A stretch of DNA of 64,000 nt from Candidatus Latescibacterota bacterium (lineage in GTDB: Bacteria; Latescibacterota; UBA2968), in the NCBI GenBank assembly GCA_965222605.1, contig OZ244960.1, forward strand, positions 160,001-224,000, given 5' to 3'. This document shows positions 7,509 through 16,358 of this stretch, one piece after another (the first letter of the stretch is position 1; the number at the start of each line of letters is the position of its first letter). Made by a program: the position numbers and the translations under genes. The notes beneath the pieces were generated by a model. That model did not search any database. It had not been told where the DNA came from and saw nothing but the letters and a program-made list of their open reading frames with translations.

Positions 7509-8852
7509 TTATCTCGGGTCCATTACTCGCCCGACAAACAGGGTGGTATTGGTCGCTATGTCTCGAATGAGGAAGATAAATGGCCGATCGACCGCGACCA
7601 CAATCGGAGGTGGGGGAACGGATATTATCCCTACGACTCCGGCAGTGGCTGCAGCGGCTTCTGTGCCCTTCTCATCTACGAGAACGAATGCCTTGTGAAA
7701 CGCATCTGAAATGAACAGTTCTTTTGTTCCATCCATGCCCGAGAAGTCTGCTAATTGCGGGTCAAAGGCGTCTGTCATTCCTATCTTTTGGAGCGTTGCG
7801 GCCAGCTTGAATTGGGCTTCAAACTCGAATGAAGGCATTGTGAGTTCTACGTGCTCGTGGCTCAGGTCTTCCGAAATCTGACTGACGAGTTCGGCGTTTA
7901 GCGTATTTTCGAACGGTTCAAAATTGCCTTTGTCGGGAAGCAGGATGACCATGGATATTTCACTGCCGTCGTAGAGCAATTCCACGGCTTGATATCCTGT
8001 GCCCTTCGCATAGCCGAATGACTCGGCCTGTCGCATCATCGGTACTTTTATGCTGCTGCCATTTAGCAAATGGTAGTCGCCTTCAGCAGTGGCTTTTTCG
8101 TCGAAGGGGTAGAGCCAGGCCGCGTTGAAGTAGATGGCATTGGTGAGGACTAAGCGGGTGTAGTTGTCGATAGCGCCGGAAGGTATCAGGTCTTTGATTT
8201 TGTCTTCTGTCTGATGGGCGACCCAGTCGTTGATCGCGAATCGCGAGTTTTCTGGTGCCTCATTGAAATTTGCGATTTTCATTCCAGCACCGTAATTCTC
8301 AGCCAGTTTGTCCAGAAAGTCCTGCAGGAAGTCATAGCCCTGTTGTCCCCAGATCGCATTGGCGATGTTCAATCGAAATCCCTTGCCATCTTTGCCACTG
8401 CTCCCTTCGCCGCGAGAGGCGAGTTGGAGATCGAGGGCGTTGAACGCAGGATGCAACTTGTCCTGGGACAAGATGAAGTGTAGTGTGTTCGAAATCTGGC
8501 GTTCGGTTTCGCCTCTGGCACCGGCATAGGTCATGGCAAGTGCCAGCGAGATGCTGTAGGGCGAATAAAAAAGGTTCCCATCTTCCTCGCGCAATTCTTG
8601 ATACAGGCCGAAAGCCAAGGCGTTGTTTCCATGTGCCAGGTCTGTTAGCTCTGAATCTGTCGCCAGGTGTACGGTTACTCGCGTCTTTTCTGATCGTACT
8701 TCTTCCGTCGCAGACGGTGTCTCGGCTGGAGGTGGTGCCGTGGGCGAGGAGATCTCCGGTAATTTGCCGCATCCAATTAGTATTATAGCAGGTAGCAAAC
8801 AGTTGGTAAGGTGGGAAAGCCCCATTCTATATGGCGTTTGGGTCATTTTCAT
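7509..8852 (-). CDS. Serpin family protease inhibitor, predicted lipoprotein
   Basis: NLFYSPYSI, LTNAIYFNAAW, hinge DEKGTEAAAAT, VDRPFIFLIRD, LFVGRV; lipobox IILIGC; RBS AAGGAGG before 8852. Confidence 0.92.
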   Translation of the reverse strand: MKMTQTPYRMGLSHLTNCLLPAIILIGCGKLPEISSPTAPPPAETPSATEEVRSEKTRVTVHLATDSELTDLAHGNNALAFGLYQELREEDGNLFYSPYSISLALAMTYAGARGETERQISNTLHFILSQDKLHPAFNALDLQLASRGEGSSGKDGKGFRLNIANAIWGQQGYDFLQDFLDKLAENYGAGMKIANFNEAPENSRFAINDWVAHQTEDKIKDLIPSGAIDNYTRLVLTNAIYFNAAWLYPFDEKATAEGDYHLLNGSSIKVPMMRQAESFGYAKGTGYQAVELLYDGSEISMVILLPDKGNFEPFENTLNAELVSQISEDLSHEHVELTMPSFEFEAQFKLAATLQKIGMTDAFDPQLADFSGMDGTKELFISDAFHKAFVLVDEKGTEAAAATAGVVGIISVPPPPIVVAVDRPFIFLIRDIATNTTLFVGRVMDPR

Positions 8853-8921
8853 TTTAGCCTCCTTGAATTGTTCGTGGTGAGGATTCCCCGGCGGAAAACG
8901 AGATATCATATTTTGTTAATC

Positions 8922-8951
8922 TGGACGCTCTTGGACGCTCTTGGACGCTCT
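8922..8951. repeat. 10-bp tandem repeat (TGGACGCTCT)x3
   Basis: Directly visible. Confidence 0.9.
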
Positions 8952-8956
8952 CGTTT

Positions 8957-9014
8957 AAAAAAGGTTCCGCCTTTCTCGCGCAGTTCTTGATACAGGCTGA
9001 AAGCGAAGGCGTTT
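8957..9014 (-). pseudogene. Short diverged second serpin fragment
   Basis: Aligns with serpin gene positions 8567-8625 (NALAFGLYQELRE..GNLF region). Confidence 0.7.
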
Positions 9015-9045
9015 TTGAGTATAAAGGTAATTATACGCAAAATTT

Positions 9046-9080
9046 AAGACCAATCAGTATCAATGATGCTGATTGGTCTT
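9046..9080. other. 16-bp inverted repeat hairpin
   Basis: AAGACCAATCAGTATC-aat-GATGCTGATTGGTCTT. Confidence 0.7.
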
Positions 9081-9112
9081 TGGACAAAAAGATGTGGCCC
9101 GAAATAAATGCT

Positions 9113-9152
9113 GAAGCCCGCAGGATCAGACCTGCGGGCTTCCTTGTATTTA
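9113..9152 (+). terminator. GC-rich hairpin, possible terminator
   Basis: GAAGCCCGCAGG-atcaga-CCTGCGGGCTTC followed by a T-rich tract. Confidence 0.55.
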
Positions 9153-9312
9153 GTTTGCAAATCCGCTATATTGTGTTTGATGGTTCGCGGCGGTCACGCG
9201 CGTTTGTGTCTAACTCGCCAATATATACAAACCCCTGATCGTAGCCCGACATACAGCTATACTTAGACACAGTAACCACCACACCACACGCGAAGGGAGA
9301 TTCATCATACAA

Positions 9313-9519
9313 ATGCCAACCATTGAAACCCGCGTTGCTTCTCTTGAAGCTGTCCAGGCGCAAATCAATGAGCGGCTCGGCAACATCGAACAAGAATTGC
9401 GCGATATTCGGGTCGATGCACGGCAAAACACACGATGGCTGTTTGGTTTGCTGGTCACGGTGTTGCTTGCCAACATTGGCACGGCAATTTCAATCATCGT
9501 TTCCTTGTCACGGCAATAA
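9313..9519 (+). CDS. Small coiled-coil protein with C-terminal TM helix (paralog of 1620..1862)
   Basis: Shares RVASLEAVQAQINERLGNIEQ and GLL.TVLLANIGTAI with the 80-aa ORF. Confidence 0.75.
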   Translation: MPTIETRVASLEAVQAQINERLGNIEQELRDIRVDARQNTRWLFGLLVTVLLANIGTAISIIVSLSRQ

Positions 9520-9539
9520 ACACAAAAGGGCTTCCCGAA

Positions 9540-10259
9540 TGCCGCATCATCACCAGCTTCCGCAGCGTTCAAATAAGCTGTCATAGGTGTTTTCGCATCC
9601 ACCGGCAGCTCTCCCCCACTAGGCAAATATACAACCATATCCGGACGGCCACTGTCACCTGACACCTGTTCCTCAAAAGCCATATACTGCTCCATGCCCA
9701 CCAATTCCACCACACGACGCAACTGCACCTCGCCCCATTGCCCACGCACAGAAGACGATTTAAGAGCCTCAGACAATGTGACGGTCGTGGTCTGAAGTTT
9801 GTGCTGCACATCCACGAGTTCCTTCAATTGCTGACCGAGTGCCCGATACGCGCCTTCTCGTTTTTCCTCCAGCGACCGCACATGCCCATCCAGCTTGTCC
9901 AAATTCTCTCGCACCGGCGTCATTAAGTTTTGCATTTCCGATTTCTGAGTCTTCCAATCGCCGCGCACCTCATTCAGCACGTTGGTCATCTGCGTGTGCG
10001 CCTGTTTCAAAAAAGCATCCGCATTGTGACGCAATGACTTGCCCGCCAGTGAGTCAAAAGCCTCGCGCAATTTTTCTTCCGCATTTTTGATCCACTCCTC
10101 TTTGTCAGCCTGGGCTTCCTTCTCGCTCTGCAACTTCGCCAACTCAATTCGCAAAGCCTCATCCCCACCCTGCGAATTGGCTCTGCGCCACAGCTCCATA
10201 ATCGCGCCCCCAACCACGCCCCCAATTACAAATGCGATCAATAGATACAGCATTTCCAT
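9540..10259 (-). pseudogene. rmuC: RmuC family protein, 3'-truncated
   Basis: EEKREGAY, RGQWGEVQLRRVVEL, RPDMVVYLP, VDAKTP; homology ends near 9540, and the ORF tail is the antisense of the small gene. Confidence 0.85.
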
Positions 10260-10370
10260 GTAGAAACTCCTTTTGTGGTTACACCGGTGTCAAATCACTT
10301 AACGAGATTTGACTGAGGTTTTGTGTCACCTGCCGTAACCTAACTCGTAAAACGTCAAGGAACGCTTTTA

Positions 10371-10592
10371 GTGATGAATCATTTTATTCCGCGCACCCTC
10401 AATCATCTTGAAGAGCGTTTGGACAAACGCATATTTTTTCGCGTCAATCGCCAACAAATTGTCAATTTACAATACATCGAAAAAATTGAGCCCTATTTTC
10501 AAGGCAGCCTAAAAGTGTTGTTGAAAGGGGGCTATGAAATTGAAATTTCCCGACGTCAGGCACAAAAATTCCGAGAACGCCTGAGTCTTTAA
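10371..10592 (+). pseudogene. LytTR DNA-binding domain fragment (3' end of a response regulator)
   Basis: RTLNHLEERLD...FFRVNRQQIVNL...EISRRQ; receiver domain absent. Confidence 0.75.
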
Positions 10593-10631
10593 TCTGCGCA
10601 AATGTACCAACTGGAAGGAGGTGACGTTATT

Positions 10632-10826
10632 ATGGCAGATTTCGCTGTAGGTTTCGGTCCAGGTATCGCTGTAGGTATCGCTATAGGAGCAGGTACTGGG
10701 AAACGAAGCGCGCGCAATAAACTTGAGAATCAGCTACGCAAAGCGATCTCCGACAACGAGCTTTCTATTCGCGATAAGAATGAGGAAACGTTGACAGTCA
10801 ATGAACTTTTTGAGTTTCTCGACTAA
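10632..10826 (+). CDS. Small hypothetical protein with Gly-rich N-terminal TM segment
   Basis: RBS GGAGGTG; GFGPGIAVGIAIGAG followed by a charged tail. Confidence 0.55.
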   Translation: MADFAVGFGPGIAVGIAIGAGTGKRSARNKLENQLRKAISDNELSIRDKNEETLTVNELFEFLD

Positions 10827-10829
10827 AAC

Positions 10830-11310
10830 TGGACTTGACCCGTTTCGGTGGGTACCTTATGAGTAGTTAGAAAGGAGACCCACTATGCCACCAACACGTC
10901 CACCTTATCCATCCGAGTTGAAGCGCCAGATCGTCGAGCTTGTGCGCGCTGGTCGCAGTCCTTCTGAATTGGCCAGAGAGTTTGAGCCGACCGCTCAGAC
11001 GATCCAAAACTGGATACGCCAAGCTGATCGGGACCAGGGACTTCGAGAAGATGGCCTGACCAGTGATGAGCGAGAAGAGTTGCGTCGTCTTCGACGCGAG
11101 AATAAGCAGTTGCGCATCGAGCGCGAGATACTGTCAAAAGCAGCGGCCTAATTCGCAGAGGAGACCGATGCGAACCCCAACAAATCTTCGCGTTAGTCAA
11201 AGCACTCCAGGCTTTTTGGCCAATCACCACGCAATGCCGAGTACTGGGTGTCTCCCTCAGTGGGTATTATGCTTGGACGACACGTACACTATCCAAACGA
11301 GCAAAGAGAG
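10830..11310 (+). mobile_element. IS3-family left-end remnant (IRL, orfA, start of orfB)
   Basis: IRL TGGACTTGACCCGTTTCGGTGGG; orfA 10885..11151 (YPSELKRQIVELVRAG...IEREILSKAAA) with premature TAA; orfB start CRVLGVSLSGYYAW then truncated. Confidence 0.88.
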
Positions 11311-11377
11311 TTCAGTATGGAAAATCAGAACATGGAAACACAGCTTGCAGAAATTAACGCCCGCCTCGAGTACGCAC

Positions 11378-11416
11378 AAACGGCCTTGAGTGATCAAAAA
11401 CTCAAGGCCGTTTTTT
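11378..11416 (+). terminator. Rho-independent terminator
   Basis: AAACGGCCTTGAG-loop-CTCAAGGCCGTTTTTT. Confidence 0.75.
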
Positions 11417-11469
11417 GTCAAAATTAACGCAATCTAATATTAAACTAATACACCGTATGAAAGATAATC

Positions 11470-11700
11470 TTAAGAAGACTTCTCTGTCGAAGACTTTTCT
11501 GGCCGACTTGGCGACAAGTCTGCTCCATCATCTTTTTTCGGAGGCTTGGCTCCTTGGGGCATAGGGAGACCTACGTCGAACGAAGGTATATTCCTATCTT
11601 CCTGGAACACATGGCGGGTTTCTCGCTTGGCGGGCGCAGTTGGGGACTGCCTTTCCTTTGATGGTACTTCTTTTTTTGTGGACTTCATTTTTTTAGCCAT
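11470..11700 (-). CDS. Small hydrophilic hypothetical protein
   Basis: 76 aa; ATG 1 nt after the upstream stop, suggesting coupling; low complexity. Confidence 0.4.
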   Translation of the reverse strand: MAKKMKSTKKEVPSKERQSPTAPAKRETRHVFQEDRNIPSFDVGLPMPQGAKPPKKDDGADLSPSRPEKSSTEKSS

Positions 11701-11701
11701 T

Positions 11702-12109
11702 TTAACTCTCTCCTGTTGTAGAGGCCCTGATATAGGGCTGCAAATAGGCCCTTGTTCGTTCCTCTGATTCGGTGATGTACTTTGATTTTATCGGTAGAGC
11801 TTGATCTTTGAAGTGTTTGTGGGATGCCTCCAGTTTTTGCTGCTTTAGTTTGGTGACGAGGTTGAAAATATCCTCGTCGGTAAGTTTGCCTTCAAATACT
11901 GAAAACCACTGGCTTTCTGCATCCAAGGCCAGCTTTTCCACTTCTGTATTAAGGCTCCCGATCTGCTTAGCTCGTTTCTGAAATGGAAAAAATCCCTTGA
12001 TGGCATTGATCACTTGTGAGACGGCAATTACGCACCCCCAAATTATGCCATATTCATTCCAAATAACCCATCCACCAATGCTCGAACTGGAGGTGATAGC
12101 CAAGGTCAA
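11702..12109 (-). pseudogene. SLATT-like two-TM protein, N-terminus missing
   Basis: LAITSSSSIGGWVIW...IWGCVIAVSQVINAIK hairpin plus helical tail; starts mid-TM at a scar. Confidence 0.5.
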
Positions 12110-12160
12110 GTCCGAAAAGTTCTGTAAAAAGGTAGCCCCGTGATATAGGGGTCAGAGATT

Positions 12161-12883
12161 TTATTTTAAGTACGTCATGTCCAGATAGCGTCTGATTTCG
12201 GCAATGATCTCGTCGTCTATCTTGTTGACATGTTCTTGCTGATCAATTCGGACTGCTTCGTATCCTGCATCTTCGATTCCGAGTTTAATGCCTTCTTCCC
12301 ACGCTTTTTGGGTAGAGTCGTCAAACCACATGGCCACAAAACCGCGTGACGATTCGGCATTCGCTGTCTCAAGTTCTTCAAGTCGAGCGTATCCCTCGGC
12401 CGTTAGGGTATTATGTGTATTCTCTGCACTGCTTTTTATCCAATCCTGCTCATCCAAATACTCTAATAGATACCACATCTCCTGTTCGCCAACGGATTCC
12501 GACCATGCTGCTGTTGCTGTGTTGGGTATATCATAAGGGAAAAATTCAAAATACTTGCCGATTTCTCCAATTTGATCTCCAATGTACTGGAGAAGCCGGT
12601 CCGCGCGGTCGTGGACGGACAAATCCTTTTTTTCCTCCGCCATCGTGATTGTGTTACTGTCTATTTCCGGACATTCGTTACCCAATCGGCGTTGATCGAC
12701 CAACCATGTGGTCAAGCGTGCCTTAACGCGGTCATCAATTTGCGGCAAGAGTGTAATAGCTTCCAGAGTAATGAGGTACCTTCCGCCCGCACGAGGCGAA
12801 TCTATCTTTTTTCCATATTTCTTAAAAAGATCGTGCCCGGAGGCTGGTGTATTCCAGATTGGACATTCTGATATTTCGTTCAC
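12161..12883 (-). pseudogene. Protein with winged-helix-like region and C-terminally truncated nucleoside 2-deoxyribosyltransferase-like domain
   Basis: CPIW...SPRAGGRY N-terminus; GFVAMWF...GYEAVRID..EHVNKIDDEIIAEIRR then abrupt end; GTG start with RBS AAGGAG. Confidence 0.65.
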
Positions 12884-13006
12884 GCTTTCGTCTCCTTTTT
12901 TCTTTCTACTTCTAATGACAGAACTCTTTCCTTGAGTCATCGCAAAGGGTTTTACCTTTGTAAGACTTTTGTTCTTTGCCCGGTTGATGTACCTGTAGCG
13001 AGGAAC

Positions 13007-16000
13007 TCAACCTTCGGGTTCAATACCCATCCAGCAGAGAAGTTCTATTTCGTCCTGATCGATCGGGGGCAAAGGCGGAGGCGATTCAATCGGCTCGAGG
13101 CCGGTCTCGAGGATTTGCTCAATGAGAAAACCTGCGAGTGCTGTGCCCTGGTATTCGTCCGACTCGAACCAGCCGCGCAGCATGATCTCTTCGCGCCGCG
13201 GCCAGGGCGATTCCAAGATTTCGAGTGCTCGATGCACGCGGTCATCGGACATATCTAATGGGGGATTGCCGCGGATGAACTCAGCCACGCGATGGTTAAG
13301 CGGGCGCACCTGTGGCTGTAAGTTCGCGGGATCGGTTTCGCGCGTCCAGGCGATCCAGATATCGTCTCGCGCGACTTCCCAAAAATCATAGACGCTTTCT
13401 CTTAAGCCTTCTGGGTACCATAGCAGCGTGTGTTCCTCGCACTCGATGAAGCGAAGGCATGTTCCAAGTTCGCGCTCGATCGCGTCGTTATCGGCCTCGG
13501 GCTGCCAATTATCATCGGCTGGAACGAAGCGCAGATACGTGCGCTCAAAATCAGTGTCCGAACCTACCACCGCGCAGAAGAACACACCGCGACGCGTGCC
13601 TTTGATCATGCCTGATCCGATTTTCCAGGGCAGCCGCGAGATGCGCTTCTCATTTTCCTCAAGTGCCTTGCGCAACGTCTGGCGATACTCCTCACCTGTC
13701 TGAGCCGCGCCAGCGGTTCCTCCCCGCTCGTAGAGCGAGGCGTCTTCTTTCATCAATTTTTCGATCTCTTCGCGCGCTTCTGTGAATACCTGCGCGCCAT
13801 GCGCTGCGCCTTCGATCGGGGCCGCAACGCCGATGCTTGCCGCGGCCTGTGCCAGCTTACCCAGGATGCGCTGTTCCAGACTCAGAAGCTCGTCAAGGCG
13901 ATCAACCGGGAAGATCGTACGCAAGAACACGCGGTCATGAGGGCTACCGATTCGGTCAATACGCCCGTGTCGCTGCACCAACCGCATGGGATTCCAGGGC
14001 ATGTCGAAGTTGATAATATGGCGGCACTGCTGAAGATTCACCCCTTCGGCCAACACATCGGTGGCGATCATCAGGTCGTAAAGGTCGTCATCCTGTCCCA
14101 CCGGCGCCTCCATTGAAACTGGGGCAAAGCCCTGCACCGCGCGCTGGCGCGACACCTCTTCCAGATCGCCCGAACCGCTTACAACAACCATGCGATTTCG
14201 GTAAGGTGCGAGTTCTGGTCGCCTGGTAACTTCAAGCTCGAGAAAATCCCGGATCCATTCCACGGTATCCTCGAAGAACGAGAACACCAGCACTTTGCGT
14301 TTCTGCGACTCGTCGGTAGCGTCGGTCGCTTCGTATTCCGCTTGCTCAGCGATCTCAGCCAGCGCGTCTGACAATGCTTTCAGCTTGGCATCGCGTTCAG
14401 GCGTAATCAACCGGACCTCATCGGCGAGGCTTCGCAGGAGATCTCGGTCATGCACTACGACCGCGCGTAGCTGATCGGCGTCGTAAAACGATGCATCCAT
14501 GCGATGTTCTGTTTCGTCCAACAAGTCCTCGAATACTGTTTCATCGTCTGCGGAGACTTCCTTCATAAAGGCTGTAGTAACGATATAACCGGAATCCAGA
14601 GCTTCGAGAAATACGTCATGCTCTCGCGCCATTTTATCGACGGTCTTGTAGAAAGCAAAAGCCGAGGACTCGAACCGCTTCAGAAGACCTGAGCGCAACA
14701 ACCCGAGCATGGCGCTGGCGTGGGCATCCTCTTCATCTTCCCCAACGTTTTGAAGATAGGTAGCCGGTGTATAACGCGCGAACGTGATGGCATTGTCTCC
14801 ATCGGAATCGAGAGCCTCTTCCAGGCGGTCGAAGAAACCCGGTAACCGATCTTCAAGCTCGTACCGGAGACTGATTGCCTGTGGTTTCGGAAACACAATG
14901 GGTTGTGGCCTCCCGTCGGGACCGGGGATGGTGTCACCAGCGTAATGCTTCTTCACGAACTGGCGGGTCCGTTTCACCGTTGTTGCATCGATGATCGGAT
15001 AGAGCACGTCCGGACTCAGGCTGGATGGATCTTCACGCATGGCCTCTTCAAAGCGTTCTCGGATCGAAAGAATACCGCGATCGGCGAGATGGGCGTCTTG
15101 ACGAAGGAAGAAGCGCAGCAGGTGATAGAGGTCCCACAGCGAATTGTTGACAGGCGTTGCCGTCAGCAAGAGAAGATCTCGCCTTTGGCCAAAGAGAAGC
15201 CGCCGTAGTGCGGCCGCCCGGGTCGGTGCATCTGGGTTGCGATAATTGTGAGCCTCATCCACAATGACGAGCTGGTATTCGTCCAGCTCGCGTTTCAGGT
15301 GCTCTTGATCGGCATTTGGACGCTGCTTATCCCGTAGCTGAATATCGTTCGCCAATTGCTCGAAGGACAGACATTCGACGGAGAGCCAATAGTTAGACAG
15401 AAACTTTCTCCAGGTGCTGTCGCGGAGAGCCGCCGGACAGATCAGCAACGCGCGCTGGCGCCGTTCCTGGTAGATCTGGAGGATCTCCCCGGCGATAAAA
15501 GTCTTACCAAGCCCCACTTCGTCGGCAACGATAACGCCGCCAGTATCGCGGATCAGCCGCAACGCACGGGCAACGCCGTGTTTCTGAAAGCTCGTCAGCG
15601 GTAGTTTGTCATCGACCAGGGCATCCTCTTCGACTTCATCACCGTAAAGCTGCCACAACACGCGGATAAAAATATCCCAGGGCGACCGCGGTTCGAACAC
15701 AACCTCGAAGAGTTCGGCGAGATCGTAGGGCGCACTTTCTTCCCAGAGATCATCGAACCACTGCCTGGCTTCCTGGATGATAGGCCCATCGAAACGGCCG
15801 AGATTTAGTTCCAGATTGTGGGTAAGACCAGCACCAGTCAGATTCGACGAACCGACAATAATGCCTTGCGGTTTCCTATGGATGACATCCAGAGATGTGA
15901 AGATATAAGCCTTGGCGTGGAGAAATGCTTTTTCGTAACGCCGCACCTCCATGTTGCCCGCGCGAAGTGCAGCAATCAGCTTGGCCAGTGCCGCGCCATT

Positions 16001-16357
16001 GGTACGGTTGAACGGCAAATGATCGCGCTCCCGCTCGAGGCCATTCGTCAGACTCTGTAACCCTGCCTCAATGCGCCGGCGCTCGAAACTCGCAAGCGTT
16101 TCATCGAGACGTTTGCGGTTTTTCGGTGCTCCTGCAGCTAAATCTGCCCCCAGCAACAGGCGCACTTCCGGAACCTGAGACAGATGATCGGCGATGTGGG
16201 CAAATCCCGTCGGGCTGAAGAACGCGGTGGCAATCCGCACTTGATCGGGACTCTCACTTGGCTCCCCTGCCTGTAGTTCGGGCACACCCAGCACTGCACC
16301 CAACGCCCGCGCAAGTGTATTGCCGTTGCGATTATCGATAAAAGAGGGACGGTTCAT
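13007..16357 (-). CDS. PLD-nuclease-domain SNF2-type helicase
   Basis: IATAFFS and LHAKAY...GSSNLT (PLD-like); ADEVGLGKT, DEAH, LTATP, EGVNLQ, PWNPMRLVQRHGRIDRIG; true start MNRPSFIDN at 16357. Confidence 0.92.
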   Translation of the reverse strand: MNRPSFIDNRNGNTLARALGAVLGVPELQAGEPSESPDQVRIATAFFSPTGFAHIADHLSQVPEVRLLLGADLAAGAPKNRKRLDETLASFERRRIEAGLQSLTNGLERERDHLPFNRTNGAALAKLIAALRAGNMEVRRYEKAFLHAKAYIFTSLDVIHRKPQGIIVGSSNLTGAGLTHNLELNLGRFDGPIIQEARQWFDDLWEESAPYDLAELFEVVFEPRSPWDIFIRVLWQLYGDEVEEDALVDDKLPLTSFQKHGVARALRLIRDTGGVIVADEVGLGKTFIAGEILQIYQERRQRALLICPAALRDSTWRKFLSNYWLSVECLSFEQLANDIQLRDKQRPNADQEHLKRELDEYQLVIVDEAHNYRNPDAPTRAAALRRLLFGQRRDLLLLTATPVNNSLWDLYHLLRFFLRQDAHLADRGILSIRERFEEAMREDPSSLSPDVLYPIIDATTVKRTRQFVKKHYAGDTIPGPDGRPQPIVFPKPQAISLRYELEDRLPGFFDRLEEALDSDGDNAITFARYTPATYLQNVGEDEEDAHASAMLGLLRSGLLKRFESSAFAFYKTVDKMAREHDVFLEALDSGYIVTTAFMKEVSADDETVFEDLLDETEHRMDASFYDADQLRAVVVHDRDLLRSLADEVRLITPERDAKLKALSDALAEIAEQAEYEATDATDESQKRKVLVFSFFEDTVEWIRDFLELEVTRRPELAPYRNRMVVVSGSGDLEEVSRQRAVQGFAPVSMEAPVGQDDDLYDLMIATDVLAEGVNLQQCRHIINFDMPWNPMRLVQRHGRIDRIGSPHDRVFLRTIFPVDRLDELLSLEQRILGKLAQAAASIGVAAPIEGAAHGAQVFTEAREEIEKLMKEDASLYERGGTAGAAQTGEEYRQTLRKALEENEKRISRLPWKIGSGMIKGTRRGVFFCAVVGSDTDFERTYLRFVPADDNWQPEADNDAIERELGTCLRFIECEEHTLLWYPEGLRESVYDFWEVARDDIWIAWTRETDPANLQPQVRPLNHRVAEFIRGNPPLDMSDDRVHRALEILESPWPRREEIMLRGWFESDEYQGTALAGFLIEQILETGLEPIESPPPLPPIDQDEIELLCWMGIEPEG

Positions 16358-16358
16358 A

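Noticed and set aside
9210-9539. C-terminal extension of the RmuC ORF as a fusion protein
   Set aside because: It is the antisense read-through of the small + strand gene after truncation
11149-11151. In-frame stop in IS3 orfA as recoding or an alternative genetic code
   Set aside because: The element is truncated; all core genes end normally under the standard code
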